DNA from: an uncultured Thermoplasmatales archaeon
GTDB lineage: Archaea > Thermoplasmatota > E2 > DHVEG-1
Assembly: GCA_964578185.1 (NCBI GenBank)
Contig: CAZOBL010000001.1
Coordinates: 721-64,720, forward strand
Length of the DNA: 64,000 nt
Direction of reading: 5' to 3'
The notes below the pieces were generated by a model. That model saw only the letters and a list, made by a program, of their open reading frames with translations, did no database searches and had not been told where the DNA came from. Each line of letters starts with the position of its first letter. The stretch's first letter is position 1. The translations under genes and the position numbers were made by a program. Of this stretch, positions 59,977 through 64,000 are shown one piece after another.

Positions 59977-62900
59977 TTAAGTTAACTCCAATATAATCCA
60001 AAATTCACCATAGATGTCAAGAGTTCCAGTCGCCCAATATCTACCAGAGTATTCTCCATAGTATACCCATAGTTCTCCGTTAGCTTCTATGTGCAAATGT
60101 GAAGTATTACAATAGACACTAAAACCTTCGTTTATTTTAACTTCAAAAAGTAGAAAACCATCTATTTGAATGCCTACGCCGCTAAGTTCAACCTTGAAGT
60201 CACCAGTGTTAATATCAAAATTTATGTTATCAGCATAAATAATTGTACTAGTTTCTATGTAGAGTTTAGTATTATTAAAAGACAGGTTTACTTTTCTATC
60301 AAAATATATTTCATCTGCGCTTAAGAAGAAATTGTTAACTTGAAAGTATATATTTGTAAAACTGACAGTTATGTCTTTATTTACAAATAAGTCACTATCA
60401 ATAGATATGTCTTTGTCTTCACCGTTGAAATCCCAGTCTATAAACAATGTACCATTTGCATTGTTTGTGACATCGATATCTATTTTTCCTGCCAAAGTAA
60501 AATCAGTTGTATTGTAGTCAAAATCTAGTTCTATGTCGATATTTGTAAATGTATCATCTATTGCCATGTTGAAACAGCCGCTTCTGCCCTCATACCAGTT
60601 GAAGCCACCAGTAATTACACGGCTTACATTTATACTGATATTTTCTCCAAAAGAAAATCTAAATCCTTGTATTGTAAACTCAGCACTGCCCTCAATGGTA
60701 AATGTTTGTAAAAAGTTTCCTTCTGTAAAGTTGATATATACATATGAGTCGTTTGTATCAAAAATAAAATGACCATCTAGCATTCCTGCTACTCCGTTTA
60801 TGGTAAACTGGAAATTGTTTACATGTATCTCATTTGAACCACCAATTGCAATTGATACGTTTCCATTTTCATCTTCTGAAACGGTAACATCTCCATCTCC
60901 TGATCCTTGACCTCTTGTTTTAACATTAATAGTAATTGTATGGGTTTCTGTTGGATCATCAACGTTCATAACAGTGATATTCCCACCCAAATCAATTCCA
61001 TTTTCATTTGGAGCTTGTATGGTAAAATGAACTATCTGAGCACCCATATTTGGGATATTTCCACTCATAGGTGAAATTGTCCAACTACCATTTTCAGGTT
61101 GAGGATAGTCAACAATACTCCAGTTAACAGGCTTATTTATATTTACCCAATTGAAAATCCAAAAAGAAGCAGTCATGTTCCCACCAGGTTTAATATCTGG
61201 GAATGAAAAACCGTTAATTGGCCAAATCGCTAAAGCATCAAATTTATTGTCAATTGCAAATTTTTTAGTAGTGGCTGCATCTTTTACGCCATATTTGTAA
61301 AACTCAGAATAGGCAGAGTTATTTACTCGAACAGTGAAACTATCTTCAACGCCTTGGCCAGTGATAGTTATCGTAACATTAATTCTGATTGTTTTATTTG
61401 GACCTAAAATTCCACTAGTTTCATCTAAATATACAGAGGTTCCGTCCGGTATTTCATTAATATCTTTTATTTGCCAATGAAGTGTATAATCTTCTTTGGC
61501 ATCATTTCCAATTGTAAACCATGTATTTATAATGGTTTCATCTTTTGAGTCATTGTAAAGAAAGTTTCTTGGACCATGATCTACAATAGTTACATAAGCA
61601 CCAGGAATAATCATAAGTCCAATTGAATCGTTAACAGGATCAATTAATGTATTCGATGTGGTGACTGTGACAATAGGAGTGTAATTTCCAATATTAAATA
61701 CATGAGGTTCTACAGATATCCATGTTTTATCAGTTGTCTTTTCAAAATACGTACCATCATCAAATGAAATATTATACGTGTAAGGAGCAATATCCTCATT
61801 CCCATTTAGACTGAATGGGGGTGCATACCATACTTCAAAACCAAGTTCAACATATCCACTAGATGTTTGAATATATTCACCTTTTTCACCTATAACAATA
61901 TCAGGACCTTGGAAACCTTTGCTTCTAAAAATTAAAACTTGGCCAGATGTATTGAACGGGAAAATTGGAATCCAATCTGTTGAATTACCTTTAATCTGAA
62001 TAACTCCAGAAGCTTCGCCTGTTACATTGATATATAAATCAGAAATTGTTACATTCCCATTACCATCATTTTTAATATTAATACTGAAATCTACTTTAGT
62101 ACTTAATTCACCTGCAAGTCTAATAACATCATATACAACAACTGCTGCACTTACTTCTTTTGCATCTACAATACCAGACATTGTACCATCATCTGAATTT
62201 TGTAGATAAACCCATAAATCCAAAGTACCCATTGCAGATATCAAAGTTTTATCTTCCGTTTCTGACTTTAAATCAATCCAACTAGAACTATGGCCAAACA
62301 GATAAAGATAGAGATTTTCTTTCTCCCCACTGAAGAAATCTGGGATGGCATCTTCCTCACCCATATTGGTTTGCAACGTCAAATCCAATAAACCAGGTTC
62401 TAAAACAATGGATATTCCAGCATCTTCAAAAGTAAAGGTAGTATTCTCATTGATTTCTCCTCTTAAATATACCCATTTAAAGCTACTAATATCTAAAAAG
62501 CCTGATAAATGTGCGTTACCTGTTATTGTAACATTTGTTGCAACAATACCAAATAGGTTTAAATAACCTATATGAAAAGTTTTATCTCTTATAATTATTA
62601 CAGGCATACCAGATAATTTATTTATTCCTAAGGTTATGTTTCCCTTCCCAGGATCTGAAACAAAATCGATTACATAAATCTGCAGATTCAAATAACCAAT
62701 GTAGATTAAATCTGCATTTGTGGCTTCGGTTGTAGAAAAAGTTGCGGTAAATGGTACCTCTTTTGAAGTATCTACATTGACCCAAACGGTTGTTTTACCT
62801 GTTATATATAAAGATTCAATATTGGCTTCTATCCACATACCTGGTACTAAAGCCCATAGAGAATTGATTACAATATCAGAATCATCATAGATAGCTGCAT

Positions 62901-64000
62901 CAACCTTAAAAGTACCATTCTCGAAAGACAATGAAATAATACCGCCGCCAGTGAAAGTTACATCTAGATCCATGGAGACGGCTCCAGGCCCCTCCCAGTC
63001 CGGAATAAATATATAATTAACATTCAAAGTGACATCATCAATTACTATATCTGTTAAACCTATCTCAGAATGTAAAGACAAATTACCATTTATACTAGTA
63101 ACATTAAAATTAAGGTTGCCAGATATGAACAAATTTCCTATCGATACGCAGACTAGTGTTTTGTATTTAAACTCGAAATCTGTAAGATCTATGCTACCTG
63201 TTGCATCGGCACCGAAATCTCCATTTATTGATTTGATACCTGATTCATTCCAAGCAATATCAAGGTTTCCTGATGCAGCTGCATCTAGTACAACATCAAG
63301 GGAGCCTTTTAGTGTTATATCAAATAAGTCTGTAAGGTTGATTTTATCTATTGTCACGTTACATGTTACAACTGAATCGTCTAAAATCAGGCTAAGGGTT
63401 CCATCTTTATTGTTTGTATTTAAGTCAAATGCTACAGATATCTCTGGGATGGATATGTCTACTTTGTCTTTTACCCAGAAATTGAAATCTTTAAGACTTG
63501 CAAGTACACTACCATCAAGAGATATACTAAGATTTCCATCTATAGTCTCCCATGATACATTAAAATCTCTATCAAGTGACTTAAACCTTATTTCACCAGA
63601 AATAGTGGCTATTACACCTTCTTCTTGGTTACTATAGGTAGAGTAGAAACCAAAACTTGCATAGCTATCTGGATGTATTAGTACGTAACCTGAATTATTA
63701 AATATGTGCCATTCAACACTAATGTTAAAAACAAACGGCCAGTTTTTTTCAACTGTATTTAAACTTACTATACTATCTTTATGAACAACTACGCCGTTGT
63801 TGTATTTAATTGTTAAATTTGAAATATCTATTCCCTTCTCTGCTTTAAATCCAACATATCCTGAGATGTTTCCATCTACTTCATCAACTGACACGTTTAA
63901 ACTGATATTACCTTGTTTTTCTTTTATGAGATGATCTGCAGAAACAGATAGCTCTCCGCTGATTACTGGTGAGCTAATTGAAAATTCTAAATCTTGTATG
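59977..64000 (-). CDS. Giant surface protein A, 3'-proximal >1340 aa of a longer gene whose 5' end lies beyond the window; paralogue of the N-terminal/middle part of giant C
   Basis: The frame stays open to the window edge, so 63894 is not the start. It is collinear with giant C: VEWHIFNNSGYVLIHPDSYASFGF matches LEWHVYDDWGYVLIHAGSLAMFSF, and TRGQGSGDGDVTVSEDENGNVSIAIGG matches TKGGSGGGGQEGVDVTSDGENVSIRIGG. It ends without the PKD/discoidin C-terminus, 21 nt before giant B. Confidence 0.75.
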   Translation of the reverse strand, partial: IQDLEFSISSPVISGELSVSADHLIKEKQGNISLNVSVDEVDGNISGYVGFKAEKGIDISNLTIKYNNGVVVHKDSIVSLNTVEKNWPFVFNISVEWHIFNNSGYVLIHPDSYASFGFYSTYSNQEEGVIATISGEIRFKSLDRDFNVSWETIDGNLSISLDGSVLASLKDFNFWVKDKVDISIPEISVAFDLNTNNKDGTLSLILDDSVVTCNVTIDKINLTDLFDITLKGSLDVVLDAAASGNLDIAWNESGIKSINGDFGADATGSIDLTDFEFKYKTLVCVSIGNLFISGNLNFNVTSINGNLSLHSEIGLTDIVIDDVTLNVNYIFIPDWEGPGAVSMDLDVTFTGGGIISLSFENGTFKVDAAIYDDSDIVINSLWALVPGMWIEANIESLYITGKTTVWVNVDTSKEVPFTATFSTTEATNADLIYIGYLNLQIYVIDFVSDPGKGNITLGINKLSGMPVIIIRDKTFHIGYLNLFGIVATNVTITGNAHLSGFLDISSFKWVYLRGEINENTTFTFEDAGISIVLEPGLLDLTLQTNMGEEDAIPDFFSGEKENLYLYLFGHSSSWIDLKSETEDKTLISAMGTLDLWVYLQNSDDGTMSGIVDAKEVSAAVVVYDVIRLAGELSTKVDFSINIKNDGNGNVTISDLYINVTGEASGVIQIKGNSTDWIPIFPFNTSGQVLIFRSKGFQGPDIVIGEKGEYIQTSSGYVELGFEVWYAPPFSLNGNEDIAPYTYNISFDDGTYFEKTTDKTWISVEPHVFNIGNYTPIVTVTTSNTLIDPVNDSIGLMIIPGAYVTIVDHGPRNFLYNDSKDETIINTWFTIGNDAKEDYTLHWQIKDINEIPDGTSVYLDETSGILGPNKTIRINVTITITGQGVEDSFTVRVNNSAYSEFYKYGVKDAATTKKFAIDNKFDALAIWPINGFSFPDIKPGGNMTASFWIFNWVNINKPVNWSIVDYPQPENGSWTISPMSGNIPNMGAQIVHFTIQAPNENGIDLGGNITVMNVDDPTETHTITINVKTRGQGSGDGDVTVSEDENGNVSIAIGGSNEIHVNNFQFTINGVAGMLDGHFIFDTNDSYVYINFTEGNFLQTFTIEGSAEFTIQGFRFSFGENISINVSRVITGGFNWYEGRSGCFNMAIDDTFTNIDIELDFDYNTTDFTLAGKIDIDVTNNANGTLFIDWDFNGEDKDISIDSDLFVNKDITVSFTNIYFQVNNFFLSADEIYFDRKVNLSFNNTKLYIETSTIIYADNINFDINTGDFKVELSGVGIQIDGFLLFEVKINEGFSVYCNTSHLHIEANGELWVYYGEYSGRYWATGTLDIYGEFWIILELT

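Noticed and set aside
32067-63637. Dozens of 60-200-aa ORFs antisense to, or out of frame within, the giant genes (for example 35012..35410, 44382..45036, 47676..48044, 57167..57568, 63029..63637)
   Set aside because: They are embedded in continuous 8-9-kb ORFs. Ser/Ile/Leu-rich translations are the expected reverse-frame artefact of Asp/Gly/Ile/Asn-rich coding sequence.
1-64000. tRNA/rRNA genes, CRISPR arrays, IS elements
   Set aside because: Intergenic regions are short and uniformly AT-rich with no GC-rich cloverleaf-sized islands. There are no regularly spaced short direct repeats and no transposase or integrase ORFs. The only strong DNA repeats are intragenic (the FN3 array and the wHTH duplication).

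Overview
The window is visibly AT-rich with compact gene packing. The gene content is archaeal: an archaeal-type TyrRS close to the methanococcal enzyme, the Zn-ribbon/aEF1-beta gene pair, type-2 IPP isomerase with isopentenyl-phosphate kinase and GGPP synthase, an archaeal GluRS, and GH57/glycogen genes. The profile suggests a small-genome, low-GC archaeon of the DPANN or methanogen-like kind; the lineage cannot be fixed from sequence alone.

The first ~31 kb is mostly housekeeping. It holds tyrS, purB, folP, a four-gene mevalonate-pathway/gltX operon and a five-gene glycogen cluster. Interspersed are secreted or membrane surface proteins: a C25-like cysteine peptidase with a beta-helix C-terminus, a 1189-aa membrane protein, a Wzx-like flippase, and several tandem winged-helix regulators.

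The last ~32 kb (31990 to the window end) is an accessory-type array of four giant, co-oriented, paralogous surface-protein genes of 2658, 2854, 3145 and >1305 aa. A 464-aa PKD–Hint(intein-like)–PKD protein is embedded in the array. The giants share an ~560-aa N-terminal module, a ~95-aa beta-rich repeat and Gly/Ser hinges. Two of them share a PKD plus discoidin-like jelly-roll C-terminus. One has an FN3 array containing a 251-bp perfect direct repeat, followed by a parallel beta-helix. This array is the most likely candidate for a novel adhesion or host-interaction system.

No tRNA, rRNA, CRISPR array, transposase or reverse transcriptase was seen.
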